A DNA stretch of 63,910 nucleotides, filler included, from Bigelowiella natans CCMP2755 (Eukaryota > Protista > Cercozoa), in NCBI GenBank assembly GCA_000320545.1. It is 7 parts of 7 records of this genome, joined end to end, with 100 filler letters (N's around TTAATTAATTAA, not from the genome) between each part and the next. Parts side by side here need not be neighbours in the genome. Positions count along the whole stretch, not along the records: positions 23,264 to 52,946 come from ADNK01001332.1; 6 more parts are not named here. One strand, given 5' to 3'. The notes beneath the pieces were generated by a model. It saw nothing but the letters and a program-made list of their open reading frames with translations. It ran no database searches and had not been told where the DNA came from. The position numbers and the translations under genes are program-made. This document shows, in pieces, positions 36,675 to 48,025 of the stretch (position 1 is the first letter of the stretch; every line of letters starts with the position of its first letter).

Positions 36675-39302
36675 TCATTCATCATCGTCCCCCTCCTCCG
36701 TAGGTGCTAAAGTCGGATTTGCTGATGGAGCTTTTATGTCACCCTGCTCGAGATTCCTTTTTTCCTCCGCCGCTCTCCTCATAGCCTCCTTTTTGGCTTT
36801 CTTCATGGCCTTGCGCTTCTCCTTGTTTAGTTGCTTCTTTGTCTTTTTCTCGGAGACAGGACGGCTGTCATTCACAGCCTTGGCGTCCGTGTACTTGACC
36901 AGTTTAGCCTCCACGTTATACCGCTTCTTGATGTCCTCGTCGCATACTTGAAAGTCACTCTCGATAAACGGCAAACGGTAGGAGCGAAAAGCTCTTGTGA
37001 ATTTGTCATCACTCTCGCCCTTGTCGCCGGATTCGAGGCGCTTAACCTGTTCCTCTTGCTGACTGCGGAATTTCTCGACGCCCCGTTTTAGCAGCGATCT
37101 CAAGATCATAGAGCGCGTATGGTAGCCCGCACGGCACTCAATGAGACGGCCGCCCACGTCCATCTTAGGCTCGAGGGTCGTAGGACCGAAATCCACGAAG
37201 TCACATCCCTCTTCGAGCGCCTTCTCCACAGTCAAGGAGAGCATAGCAAAGTAGGCCTTTGTGGGTCTTGCGACCTCATGTCGAAGCCCTTGCATGTCTG
37301 AGGTGATCAGCTTTGCTGCAGGGAACTCAAACAACACTGCCGTGCCTGCAGGGTCTCCCTGCACGCGGATGCCGAAGATGCGGCGGTACTCAGATTTGTG
37401 CTCCTCGCATATGGCTTGCATCAGGGGTGGCAACACAGGTACCAAAACGGCTGATTCGCCTCGTGAGATGCGCTGCTGAGCAGTGAGCTGCACCAGGCGG
37501 GAACTAACCTCCGCATATTCCTCGTCAAAGTCCCTGAAATCACGCGAGACGTGAACAGTGCCGCCCTTCTTTTGAAAGAATCCGTGGTGGTTGCGACGGT
37601 TTCCCTTTTTGAGCGCGACGCGCTGGAACTCTTTGTATTTGAGCCCATGGTAACGTCTTAAGTCGACCACGACAGAAGGACCTACTTGTAGGTTAAGGAA
37701 ATGCGCCTCCTCAAAGGCCTGTGAGTCAAGCTGGGTGGCATAGCAGGGTGACATGAGAACATGGCAATTGATGCCAGAGGTATCCTTCCAGTTCACGATT
37801 GCGCGCTGCACCATCACCATGTCGTATTTGGGTTGATCAGATTTGACGAGGAAGATGCCCGAATGGAAAGGGTACTGGAAACCGACAAGCCCCCATCTCA
37901 GACTCAGGATGGGCAGGAAGCCGTTCGCACCGAACAGTACCCCCAGCACGGAGCCGAGGATGCCAGGCACGTAACGCGTTAGATCGAACTTTTCAACGAC
38001 GGTCACAAATACATAAGCCACTGAGTCGTCTCCCCCAAATTCCACATCCTCGACTGGCCTGCCAATGCGCAGGATGATGCCTTTGGTATGAGGAATAGGA
38101 GATTCTGCCCCCCCTGTGAGCATATTGGCGTAAGTACGCATGAGTGATACTGCTGCGTGACCATCCCAAGCGCCGATGTAGCGCGTACCAAAACCTGCGT
38201 TAATTTTGTCGCCCCACTTTTTCGCAGTTTCTTCGTCGAGATCCTCCACATCAACCTCTTCTGCTACATAGGCTGATGGAAGCCTTGGGTTAAGAATTTC
38301 ATCGTACGCGCTATGGATTAGAAATGTGACGATGCACACGACAAATCCTACGGCGGCATTGAGCTCCAAACCGGTAAGCAGATAGCGCTGGCCAGCTCGG
38401 ACCTCCACCACGACTGCGAGCCAAAGGTTGCCGAAGGTGAACGTGAAACTGGTGCCCAAAGTAAACATTTCGATCAACAGGTAGGGGATTGGCAACGCGG
38501 TTGAGGAAAGGAAGGCGGTGCTCAACGCGCTGTGCGAAACAGCTGTGATGAGCACGCCGAACACGGAAGAAATGCAACAAAGGATTCCTACAGCGTTCAT
38601 GCCGTGGAACATCCACATGTTGTGATCCGACACTAGAGATGAGTTCATCGAGATAAGGGTTATGCCCATGGCAAAAAGAAGTAGGTTGGAGGCGAGAAGT
38701 AGCATTTTATTGCGGTCCTTCTTAGTGACTTGCAAGAAACTCAGCTTGGCCATAAGAGCATAGAATTCTGCTGCTCCGGAGGCCATCAGGGAAGCAGTGA
38801 ACATAACGTAATGTGAGGTATTATGCGCATCTTTAATGCGGGTCCAGAAGATGATGGCTATCATCGTTCCAAAGAGAAGGATGAGAGTCATGCACATGGA
38901 GACGCAATTTTCGCATGACACGAGCCGAATTAGTCCAGCTTGACTTGGACTGTAGTCCCTAGGAGACGAAAGTGGTACAGATTGGCCCTGAATTAAACTT
39001 TCCTTTTCCTCAACGTCCTTCTCACTCCTAGCGGTGGCAATTTTCGAGCTCGCACGAACGTTAGTGTAGCAAGCAATCACGGAGTTGACCGCCATAATAG
39101 CTGAAAAGACGAGCCCCCAACCAGCGAACAAACAGAGCTTTGAGTCGCAGTTGTCATCTCCGACCACTGCTAGGATGGACGATATGAACAGGGCACCCGC
39201 GCTTGAAACCGTAGCGGCGAAAGATAACCAGAGATGCTTCATAGTCTTTTCCTTGTCTTTCACCTCAAGGAACATGGTGTCCTGATGATCGAACTTGGAC
39301 AT
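36675..39302 (-). CDS. Apparently intronless ~875-aa protein: N-terminal multi-pass TM region, FemAB/GNAT-like domain, and a Lys-rich then acidic tail
   Basis: Long uninterrupted ORF (first ATG at 39302) with about 8 hydrophobic helices in the first ~340 aa. The C-terminal YFAMLSLTVEKALEEGCDFVDFGPTTLEPKMDVGG resembles FemAB-like GNAT C-termini. Confidence 0.75.
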   Translation of the reverse strand: MSKFDHQDTMFLEVKDKEKTMKHLWLSFAATVSSAGALFISSILAVVGDDNCDSKLCLFAGWGLVFSAIMAVNSVIACYTNVRASSKIATARSEKDVEEKESLIQGQSVPLSSPRDYSPSQAGLIRLVSCENCVSMCMTLILLFGTMIAIIFWTRIKDAHNTSHYVMFTASLMASGAAEFYALMAKLSFLQVTKKDRNKMLLLASNLLLFAMGITLISMNSSLVSDHNMWMFHGMNAVGILCCISSVFGVLITAVSHSALSTAFLSSTALPIPYLLIEMFTLGTSFTFTFGNLWLAVVVEVRAGQRYLLTGLELNAAVGFVVCIVTFLIHSAYDEILNPRLPSAYVAEEVDVEDLDEETAKKWGDKINAGFGTRYIGAWDGHAAVSLMRTYANMLTGGAESPIPHTKGIILRIGRPVEDVEFGGDDSVAYVFVTVVEKFDLTRYVPGILGSVLGVLFGANGFLPILSLRWGLVGFQYPFHSGIFLVKSDQPKYDMVMVQRAIVNWKDTSGINCHVLMSPCYATQLDSQAFEEAHFLNLQVGPSVVVDLRRYHGLKYKEFQRVALKKGNRRNHHGFFQKKGGTVHVSRDFRDFDEEYAEVSSRLVQLTAQQRISRGESAVLVPVLPPLMQAICEEHKSEYRRIFGIRVQGDPAGTAVLFEFPAAKLITSDMQGLRHEVARPTKAYFAMLSLTVEKALEEGCDFVDFGPTTLEPKMDVGGRLIECRAGYHTRSMILRSLLKRGVEKFRSQQEEQVKRLESGDKGESDDKFTRAFRSYRLPFIESDFQVCDEDIKKRYNVEAKLVKYTDAKAVNDSRPVSEKKTKKQLNKEKRKAMKKAKKEAMRRAAEEKRNLEQGDIKAPSANPTLAPTEEGDDDE

Positions 39303-39799
39303 GGGATAAAATCCTGTCCTTCGTTCCAAATTTTGATCTCACTGGACCTGGAACAAGGAATTTGATTTGATCTCTGTAATGTAACAATTAGGACAACAGA
39401 TAAGTTCGGGGGAAATGGTCAAAGTTGCAACAATCATTCTACATTCTGGATTTCTACGACGGCATTCGTGAGCGAGCCCAATTAAAAAGTCATTCGAGAA
39501 GTAATCAAAACTGCAAAGGTTGAATTAAAAATAACTTCCGTGCAACAATAAGTACCAAGGTATGGGGGGGAGGGGCGAGGGTGTTCAGCTGATTTGACCT
39601 CTGATGGTTTGCGATTGTACGTATCGAGCAAAACATCGAACGACAAGCTAAATTCAGTGCAATAATGTGTGTACGACAATTCAGGTTCTCTGTTTTTGTT
39701 AACTTATTTGCCGAAAGCTTTCGAAGTGTGCCCAGCTTCGGTTTCCATCTGGTTCTGACAGAATTGGCCGGAATACATGGAAACAATTGTCCGGAATCC

Positions 39800-41200
39800 C
39801 CGTCATCATTCTCATTTCACATGCAAATGCATTACTTCCCAAATGCAGCGACATTGTGTTTCGGGCTGCAGCGTGATCCCTGCATGCCTCTCGAGACTCT
39901 CGTGTTTGGAGTGAGATTGACACGAATGATGAACGGAACACAGAAGAAATTGCAAAAGTTGCATTTGGTGAGCACAATGCCAGAATGGGACACTTGCAAG
40001 TGCTTTGTTGCCTGGCAGTGGTGAATCCCATTCAGTTGAAAAGTGCAAAGGAAAGAAAGTGTTGTTCACAGCACCTTTCAATGAGCCATGCTAGCATGTC
40101 AAAACACCAGAGAAAGCCAGGAAGCGCAGCAGACACGATGCTGTGACCCATCACAGCCAGGTTGTTTGGTCTCAACGTTCGTGACAACGAGTGCAAATGG
40201 CACCAGAAAAGTGGACACGTCACCACACGATGTCACTTGCATTGATGAGATTTGCACGCATTCGCTGCGCACCAACCATCAAAATGAAGTGAGTTGGCCT
40301 TCGTGGACGAGCGTCCTGACAAACGAAAGTTCTGGAGTTCATTGCTGCTGGTGATTTGGCTCAATTGGGTCCTGTTGAAAGTGAACGTTTGTTCAATGAC
40401 ATTGGAGTGTGGGGCACGTTGGGCATGATTCTGACCCAGCAACACCACAGCTCCGTCAAACCTGCAACAAATTTCAGAACGTGCATTTGGAAGCTTTTGC
40501 GCGCGACCAAGCGCGTTGTGTGATGCAATGGACATTGGATTTGCTCGCATTTCTTTGAAATTTTTCGTGCACATGAAGATTGGTCAAACACACGCGCAAA
40601 AGCATTCAAAATATGACAAAGAAGAAACGCGCAGCGTGCATCCTCTGCACAACGGGTGTGAATTTTCACACTTTGCGCGCTCACTGAGCCTTGAAAATGG
40701 ACATTTTGGTCAACATTTCGGTCATTTTTTGAGGTTTGGCCATCGGACAAGCTCTGATGACTTTTCGTTTGTGCGTTGACCAACTGCAACTGCCTGCTGC
40801 TTCAAAGCGCGTCGCGAAGCGCTGCACTGTTCACAACCCAATTGTCACAGGGTTTGATGGAGCGGGGCACACGTGGTGTGTCCAGCATGTCAGACGTCCA
40901 GACGTGCTGCTCACGTCTTGTGCACGTGCGTGTGCATGACATCACGTTGTCCAGACACAGTGATGATGTGCATGTGTGTGACATTTGCACACCATGTTGC
41001 GTTGTCCATCATTATGACTGGAAATGCATCTAGGCATGTGGCGCAGCTTGCAAGATGCGGCCCCGCTCGCAGGTGACAGTCAGCTAGGTCATCGACTACT
41101 AATCGAACAATGGCACCATTGCTAGACAGCACCGCAAACAATTTGACTACCACATTGCACAATGTTTCTACAACATTTGTTGTGTCATACATTTCATGAT
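39800..41200. other. Extreme TpA-depleted block
   Basis: Only 2 TA counted in 39841-40980 (1140 nt), one of them inside CTAG. Confidence 0.93.
39990..40975 (+). pseudogene. Fossil superfamily-1 (Pif1/RecD-like) helicase, likely from a mobile element or virus
   Basis: Motifs appear in the correct order across frameshifts: I PGSGESH (40011), Ia KVLFTAPFNE (40056), II DVTCIDEI (IDEI at 40241), III IAAGDLAQLGPV (40341), IV ILTQQH, V TVHN..SQGL (40826), VI RLVHV..SR (40914). Confidence 0.8.
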
Positions 41201-41246
41201 ACTCGCTCGCACCTGTTCGTTCTCCTCTGCATGCAGCGACACGCTG

Positions 41247-42458
41247 CTACGAAGAACCTAAAAGTGCATGCGTATGTTCTATCGTGCCTTTTCGTGGTCT
41301 CCCCGTTTTGGCTTCTAGTTCTTTGGATGGAGCTTCAGTTCCACTTTTGGGGGGAGGAGGGTTAAAAGTTCTCAGCGCTATTATAGCAAATTCGATCAAT
41401 AATGTAAGGATGAGCGAGATGCTTGTGCAGTTGAGCAAAACCGCCATGAGCGTGGTCACTGGTCCTTCGGCCATTAAAGCGAATAGACAAAGAGCGCTCA
41501 GAGAATGGATAGACAAAAGGCCAAGTTGTACAACCGTCATACGTGGAACGTTGAGGGTTGCAACATCCTTAATGGTAAACGAATCTGTTTGGGAGGGAGT
41601 GAGGTAGAGTTTATAGTAGAAAATCAGCCATAAAAAATAACTCACGGCAGTCGAAGGGTACACAAGCCCTCCGCAACTTTCTTCTATATCGTCATAATTT
41701 TGTAGAAGGCAATTCAGCGGTTCCATGAGAAGATATATAACAGCTGCTTGAGAGGCATAGCCTTCAGCGAATATAACCTCGTACATGTGTTGCTCTAGTG
41801 AGTCGCTCTTAGCAATATTTTTCCTCAATATTGGATAGACCAGTCCAAGAGCTATTCGAATAATTGTGTGGAAGACAATTTCAACGAGATCGGAAATCAA
41901 GGGATTTTCTTGTTGGCAATACCCTGCCACGATCCCAGCGAAAGTTCCGAAAATCAATGCGAAATAGTGAGCCAGGTGAAAGAAGTCCTCATAGTGTCTA
42001 TGCACGGGGTCTGCGATGATTGAGATGAATGCCGAAAAAGAACAAGCGATCGTAGTTATATAGCACAAGTAGGCGTACCACGGGTCTCCTGTTGCCCCAT
42101 ACATAAGTGCGATGATGGTACTGGGCCATGAGAAAACGAAATGGAAACTGCGGAAGAAACGATGCAGCCTCGGACGAGAATCGTACCGGGTCCCCGTGAA
42201 ATCTTTCGATGCATCATCATCACTCCTTTTAACGTTCTTTCCCTCTTTCTGCATGTTTTTATTGATGTTATCCTTAGCATCTTCAGCAACTTCATCCTTA
42301 ACTTGCTGGCGGACGACGTTGGGTAGACTGTTTTCGTGAATCCTTTTCTCCGAGTTGATTGAATTCTCGGAAAGATCAATCGCACCACTGTCCCGTGATG
42401 CCTCCACAACGTGCATCTTCCGCTTTTGCTGCTCTCTAATTTTGCGTCCATTAGGCAT
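41247..42458 (-). CDS. Hypothetical multi-pass (about 7 TM) membrane protein, 403 aa, single ORF
   Basis: Long ORF with a hydrophilic N-terminus followed by about 7-8 hydrophobic segments. No family recognised. Confidence 0.7.
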   Translation of the reverse strand: MPNGRKIREQQKRKMHVVEASRDSGAIDLSENSINSEKRIHENSLPNVVRQQVKDEVAEDAKDNINKNMQKEGKNVKRSDDDASKDFTGTRYDSRPRLHRFFRSFHFVFSWPSTIIALMYGATGDPWYAYLCYITTIACSFSAFISIIADPVHRHYEDFFHLAHYFALIFGTFAGIVAGYCQQENPLISDLVEIVFHTIIRIALGLVYPILRKNIAKSDSLEQHMYEVIFAEGYASQAAVIYLLMEPLNCLLQNYDDIEESCGGLVYPSTAVSYFLWLIFYYKLYLTPSQTDSFTIKDVATLNVPRMTVVQLGLLSIHSLSALCLFALMAEGPVTTLMAVLLNCTSISLILTLLIEFAIIALRTFNPPPPKSGTEAPSKELEAKTGRPRKGTIEHTHALLGSS

Positions 42459-43309
42459 CCCCGAAGTTCCAGAGGTTAGTTAAATGAATGTAGAGTTAGG
42501 TTTATATTGATCTAGATCTACATGGAGGAGAGTCTGGTCTTGATTTCTGCTGCAACGTCTTCTGGTATATGTAACTGATGCGCGTTTTAGTCTTATAAAT
42601 CTCTCCAGAATCTCCACATATTGGACCCGGGTGTTCTGCCAAAGCGACAACGACTAAACCGGTATTGTAAAGGTGAAAAACAAAATCCCTCCTATTTCCC
42701 AGAAGAGATATGGACAAATGATTGTCGCAACACAAGTATGCAGAGAATCAGCCAGTCGAACTACTCTCCGTACCCCAGTCTGCCTCAGTTCCCAGCTCGA
42801 CGCGCCTGCTTGGGAACATCAACAGTGGTCGACGGGTAAACCCGCTGGGAGGTGCTCAGCCCTCTCAAGGAGTGAGACAGTACGCCTCTATAGACAAAAT
42901 ATTTTTTGACTCGTCTTCCAGTGCTGCGTCCATTGCACGAAGAAAAGAGCTGGATCTCAACGAGACTCACATTCGCAGATACAGCTCTAATTCAAAATGC
43001 TACGCTGTCTTCCTTACATTATTCGACCGAAATCAACGCTCCCAACTCGACGAAAGTTCCTCTACAGGGCTGGAGAGACGATGGCGAGGAGCTCATACTT
43101 CACTCAAAATCAAGAAGAAGAGATTCTTCGAACGCTCAAGCAACGGTCACATGCTGTTTTCTTTTACTGTTTGTGTATTAGTGAGGGGAATTGGTTATCT
43201 TTACTGTGTGAAAGAAGAAGGAACCGAAGTATGGATATTGCAATTTTTTATTGAGCATTGGGTGTCGTTGATCGGTAGGGGCAGGATGTTCTTTTCTGCG
43301 AATCGGGTG

Positions 43310-43540
43310 ATGGACAACGGCAGGAAAGGGCCTGAAAATAAGGAAGTACAAGCTGAAATTCGAAAGAAGGTGCAATATCAATCAACATTTTTCTAATGTA
43401 AGATAAACTTACGTTGTTAAATAACTATCGAAAGGTGAGAAGCCATCTTGAGTTAGCCTGGGAAGACACGTTCAAGGTCAATTTCAGTCCTAACGAGAGA
43501 GAAAAAAGGAAAAATAGTTTTAGAGATTCACTCTAATACT

Positions 43541-43593
<53 letters not shown>

Positions 43594-45106
43594 ATGACCA
43601 CTCTTCAAGCCAGACAGCTGGCGCATAGAGGACGCGACCACCAGAATGTAAAGTCAAATCCGCAAATTATTTCTCATCCCATCACAAATATAAGGGGCTA
43701 CACCCTTTCTTCTATTCTGCAATGATTTACCACTCCGTCTGCTCAGAGCGACTTAACATATGGGGAAGTAAATTTCCAGTCTCTCGCGAGGATTCTGAGC
43801 GAGGATTTAAAAAAACATGGCATTCCACTGACTGGTACCTTGAAACCCAAATGACAACCAACCGAGCGAAATACGACGTAACCTTACAAGAACTAGATGG
43901 GAAAGACTATGCACCCCATTGATCGCCTGTACAATGTCAATAATGCAGCCCTATCTTCTTCCCGCTTCAGGAACCTTTTACGACCTTGGATCTGGTGTTG
44001 GGAGAGGAGTTATAGTGGCTGCCCTCGTCGGTTCCTTTTCGAGAGTTTGCGGAATAGAGGTTAGCAGTACCCACTTCACTGCTTTTTGAACGATTAAGCT
44101 AATATGAATTTTTACTGTCATCGGTCACTGCTAATGGCCATACCATTGGTGACACGAAACTCGTCTTCTAGCATTAAGTTCAATAGAAATAAGATCCAAC
44201 AAAAAAGGCTCTGCTCTCTGCTCTGTTATCACTGATTGCTGCTGCTCTAATGGTTGTTCTTGTCTTCTTCTTCTCAGGTGTCCAAGGAGCTGTACAAAGC
44301 CTCAATTGCTGTCCAAAACGAGTGAGTGAATATGTCAAGTTGTAATGATATAAGAACGTTTTTGTACCTACGAGTGTCGGTGTCCTCTTCGCTGCCTCTA
44401 AATAACTAAATAAATACCACCTTGAGAAGCAATTTAACTGGGCGATATTGGTAGATTTGAGACTCGCGTATCCCCAGCATATGGTGTGTCTCTTTCGGAA
44501 ATGAATTTCATACAAGCCAACTTCACAAAAGTAAGTTGAATAAGTCGCAGATTATGACATGTGAGGAGTAGGATAATGTGGAGAATAATCAGTGCAAAGC
44601 TTGCAATAATAAATGACCGCCGAGTCTTACCAGTTTGTTCTTTCGACTATAAACCGAGATTATCTATGGGCAAGGCATCGCTGCCGCCAATTTATAGACC
44701 TATTCTGACGTTGTTCACAATTGTTGAGGTTGGGAATTTGATTGTCTTGCTGCTTAGAACGACTGGTCCGACGGCAACGTGATCTTTATCAACTCCACAT
44801 GTTTCTCTAAGAGTCTTATGGAAAAAATAGCCGCGAAAGCTGTCCACTTAGTCCCTGGATCATGTGTGGTAAGTGTTAACGAATAATAGCAACGTTAGAG
44901 AGAAGGAGGTGTACGAAGGAGGAGGGAGGGAGGGGAGGTTCAGGTGATGGAGCGTGTGTAACAGTGACAAAGAGAGTCGTCGCTAATGGTGGTTCTTACA
45001 GCTGCTGAATGATTCAGATACATAACTACAGGTTACGTTAACGCAACCCATCGTCTCTCAGTACTTCGAGCTATTGGAGTCCAAAAAGTCAGTAGATGCT
45101 GTCAAT

Positions 45107-45140
<34 letters not shown>

Positions 45141-45400
45141 CACTCTAAAACTACTACTTCTACCAATTATCTCCGTCGGAACTAAGAGTTTTGTACACAC
45201 CAAACACACAGATACGAGATGTCGTGGGGCGACGCTACGGTCACGGACCCAGTAGCTAGTACTTCATCCATTCTGATCATGACGAAGTGTGTTTACCATT
45301 CAGGCTCATATTCACATTCGTACGCAAAATCCGTCCTCTAATATCGAAAAGAAGCCTAGAAATCGGAGCAAGAAGGTTACATTATGTCAGTACTGTTTTG
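43310..45400 (+). CDS. DOT1-like class I SAM-dependent methyltransferase, multi-exon; 3' end approximate
   Basis: Spliced exons give SDLTYGEVNFQSLARIL..|GTFYDLGSGVGRGVIVAALVGSFSRVCGIE|..FIQANFTK|NDWSDGNVIFINSTCFSKSLM..LVPGSCV|VTL..|YEMSWG. Confidence 0.88.
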
Positions 45401-46390
45401 CCTCCTGTTCGTACGCTGATGATCTGGACGGTGTTGATTTATTTTTAGTTTCCCGGAGCTCAGATATGAGTACATATTCGCTGCGCATACCTTGGTGCAT
45501 ATTAGCACAATATCGTATATGTCTCGCACTATCTTCTGCCTTCCATAGCAGTAGGAAATCAAGGCGGGTTATGAGATGCCATCATCGCATCTGGTACTTA
45601 CTTAGTTTGAAAACACGTAGCATTAGTGCAAGTGTATTTTATGTACGCTTTCATACTACTACCAAGGCTATTTACACAATTCAATGCGCTGCTATCTGCA
45701 TGCATGTATGCTAAATTTTGTACCCATTGCAATTATTAACAAAAAGGGCCTTTATTATGCACATGTATACTAATATTCCGCGTTATGAAGCCTGATCAAC
45801 ATGATACAATGTGCATATTTTTTGTATTTTTATGCATTTGAGCACATGAAACTGCGCATATCCTACACAACTATGGCATGTAATCGTACCAGGGTATGTT
45901 TTTACGACCCACTTACTTTGCAATTACAACTAAGTACGTTGATTGTTGATTATGCTGTCCCCACGATTCGAGGCGACTACGTGTACGACTCTAGCGAGCC
46001 ACGAAATAGCACAACAATTTACCATGATACATCGCAAGGATGTTAGCATCTACAAAGGCTTAAGAGGCTCTCTAGCTCTACGTTGTCATGATGTACAATT
46101 CTGTACCAAAATGAAGGCTAGGTATACCCTTTGTATGCGGTGCGCCAATAAGCCACAGATTACCCACATCGCCAACCGGACAAGCAAGAATGTACATTTA
46201 TGCTAGACATACTAATACAATCGAATCAGTCTTGTGCTAGCGTAGACATGCAACGTAATGGATAAAACTGCAATATCTACAAACTAGAAACAAAAGTTAT
46301 AATGAGGAGAAGTGTTGTGTGTTTTTGTCTATTATAATTAGGCACTGCCTCACAGCATGGAACGTCGTGATGCATAGCTGTTACTCGTTG

Positions 46391-47959
46391 TTATTTTGTA
46401 ACCCATGATTTATATTCTGCATTATCATCATCATCATCGTCCTCATCCTCATCCTCATCCTCATCCTCATCCTCATCCTCATCCTCGTCATCTTCGTCCT
46501 TATCTTTATCCCCTGCCCTCTGCTCCAGTCGCTCTTTCTCTATCAATCTTCGCGCCGCCTCGTTCGCCTTTTCTGTTGCCGCCTTTCTGACGGCAATGCG
46601 ATTTGTTTGGATGTTGTGCACCTGTCGCTTCATTATAGCTTGTTGGCACGCCACAGAGCGCAGCGTAGCTTCCATGAAGTTTGAAGGCATCCGCTTGTGC
46701 TCTGCGAGAAAGAACCCGAGCATTAAATCAGCACGGGCGTCTCCGATGGGCTTATTGATCGGCGGCTGAGAGTAGTAATTCATCCACTGGGTAGCGATGA
46801 GTAAAAGACGAAGGGGAAGAGAGGGGGGCGAAAGAATAGCCTGCGGCTGCTTCTGTTCTCCTCCCGTGCACTGCGGCTGTTGCTGCTGGATGAGAAAGGG
46901 ATACGCCGAAGGGATACTGGGATCCTGGAAGGTGAAGGATATGGCGAGCCGCGGGTGTGCGGCCAACTTTGATGCACGACTTCCCCAGTGAAGAAGACGA
47001 TGTGTGAACACCAACAGGCTACCCGCAGCTGCAGGTAGAGCCCGAATGTCTTGGAACAAAGAGGGACTCTCGAAAAAGGCATCCTTCCACGATTTCTTCG
47101 CTTCCCCCTTCCGCTCCTGCACAGTGGAACGGTAGTGTGCGTCCTTGCATGCCGGAAGGACGTAGAGGCAGGAAGTTTCTGGAGTGGCGTCGGTGAGTGG
47201 GACCCATGAAGTCGTGATCTTTGAATTTCCGTCTTTGTCGAAAGTGGATGGGTCGTACGACATCTTATCTCGATGCGGTGGGTATCCCTCTGCGTCTCTG
47301 GCCTCTGGGCCGACGAAAAAAGCCGCGAAGTCGCCAGAGGGCTGGGCCTTACTCCCCGTTGCCTTATGAACCTCAATTATCTTCTGAAGCAGGATCCACA
47401 TCTCATCGTAAATCCCGATTACGTGTGGCGGCCAGCCAGCTGTTGAGAGGCGGGAGATTCCGTCAGCGAGCCGCTCCAGTATGTCCTCTTCCCAGCATAA
47501 CTCCTCTGGGTTCACCTGTTGCATAAATTGTCGGTAACAAGAAAACAAAAGGAATATATTGCAAAAAATATGCTCTTGACCCGAAAGTAGCCGTCATCAT
47601 GAAGCCCCGCATTGATTGATTGAATCCTTTCTTTGGGGAATGCCAAATCCTGTCGCTACGTTATCAATACTAGTATTCATTCAACTGTTGCGAAGCCAAA
47701 AGGTGTGTTGTACCTTCTCCATGCAGCCTTCCTCTCGGTCCCGTTTTTTCCTCTTGAGACTAAATCCATTCACTGTCAGATCCGGACACAGAGACGCCCT
47801 GAGCACAAGGTAGCCTTTTAAGAGATTTTGACGACAGCATAGTAGCCCTCGCGCATGCACAGCTTACCAATACTGATAGCTTGACGAAAATGCGAATGAG
47901 GGCACATAATCCGTGGACGTTGTCGGCTTGCTGCTCTGCTTCGTGGCCCCCCCCTCCAT
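46391..47959 (-). CDS. Phytanoyl-CoA dioxygenase (PhyH) family Fe(II)/2-oxoglutarate oxygenase with an acidic tail; 4 exons
   Basis: Motifs: LHDDGYF, PPHRD (HxD), WVPLTDATPETSCLYVLP, AGSLLVFTHRLLHWGS and PRLAISF. The last exon spans 47515-46391. Confidence 0.9.
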
Positions 47960-48025
47960 CCTGGCCAAGCGGTTAGCGGTGACTTTCGGATAAAAAGACC
48001 TATCACGTAAAAAGGCCCTGAATCT

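Noticed and set aside
40032-41192. Many overlapping 60-140 aa Cys/His-rich ORFs in TpA-poor blocks as real genes
   Set aside because: Loss of TA removes TAA/TAG stops and Tyr codons, creating spurious long frames on both strands.
39800-41200. RIP or CpG-methylation decay as the cause of the TG/CA-rich blocks
   Set aside because: RIP would raise TpA. CpG decay would deplete CG, yet CG is plentiful here (e.g. gcgcg at 40501) and TA is what is missing.
42722-43396. 224-aa ORF as a standalone gene
   Set aside because: It has a non-ATG start and no motif. Only its last part (from ATG 43310) splices convincingly into the DOT1-like gene.
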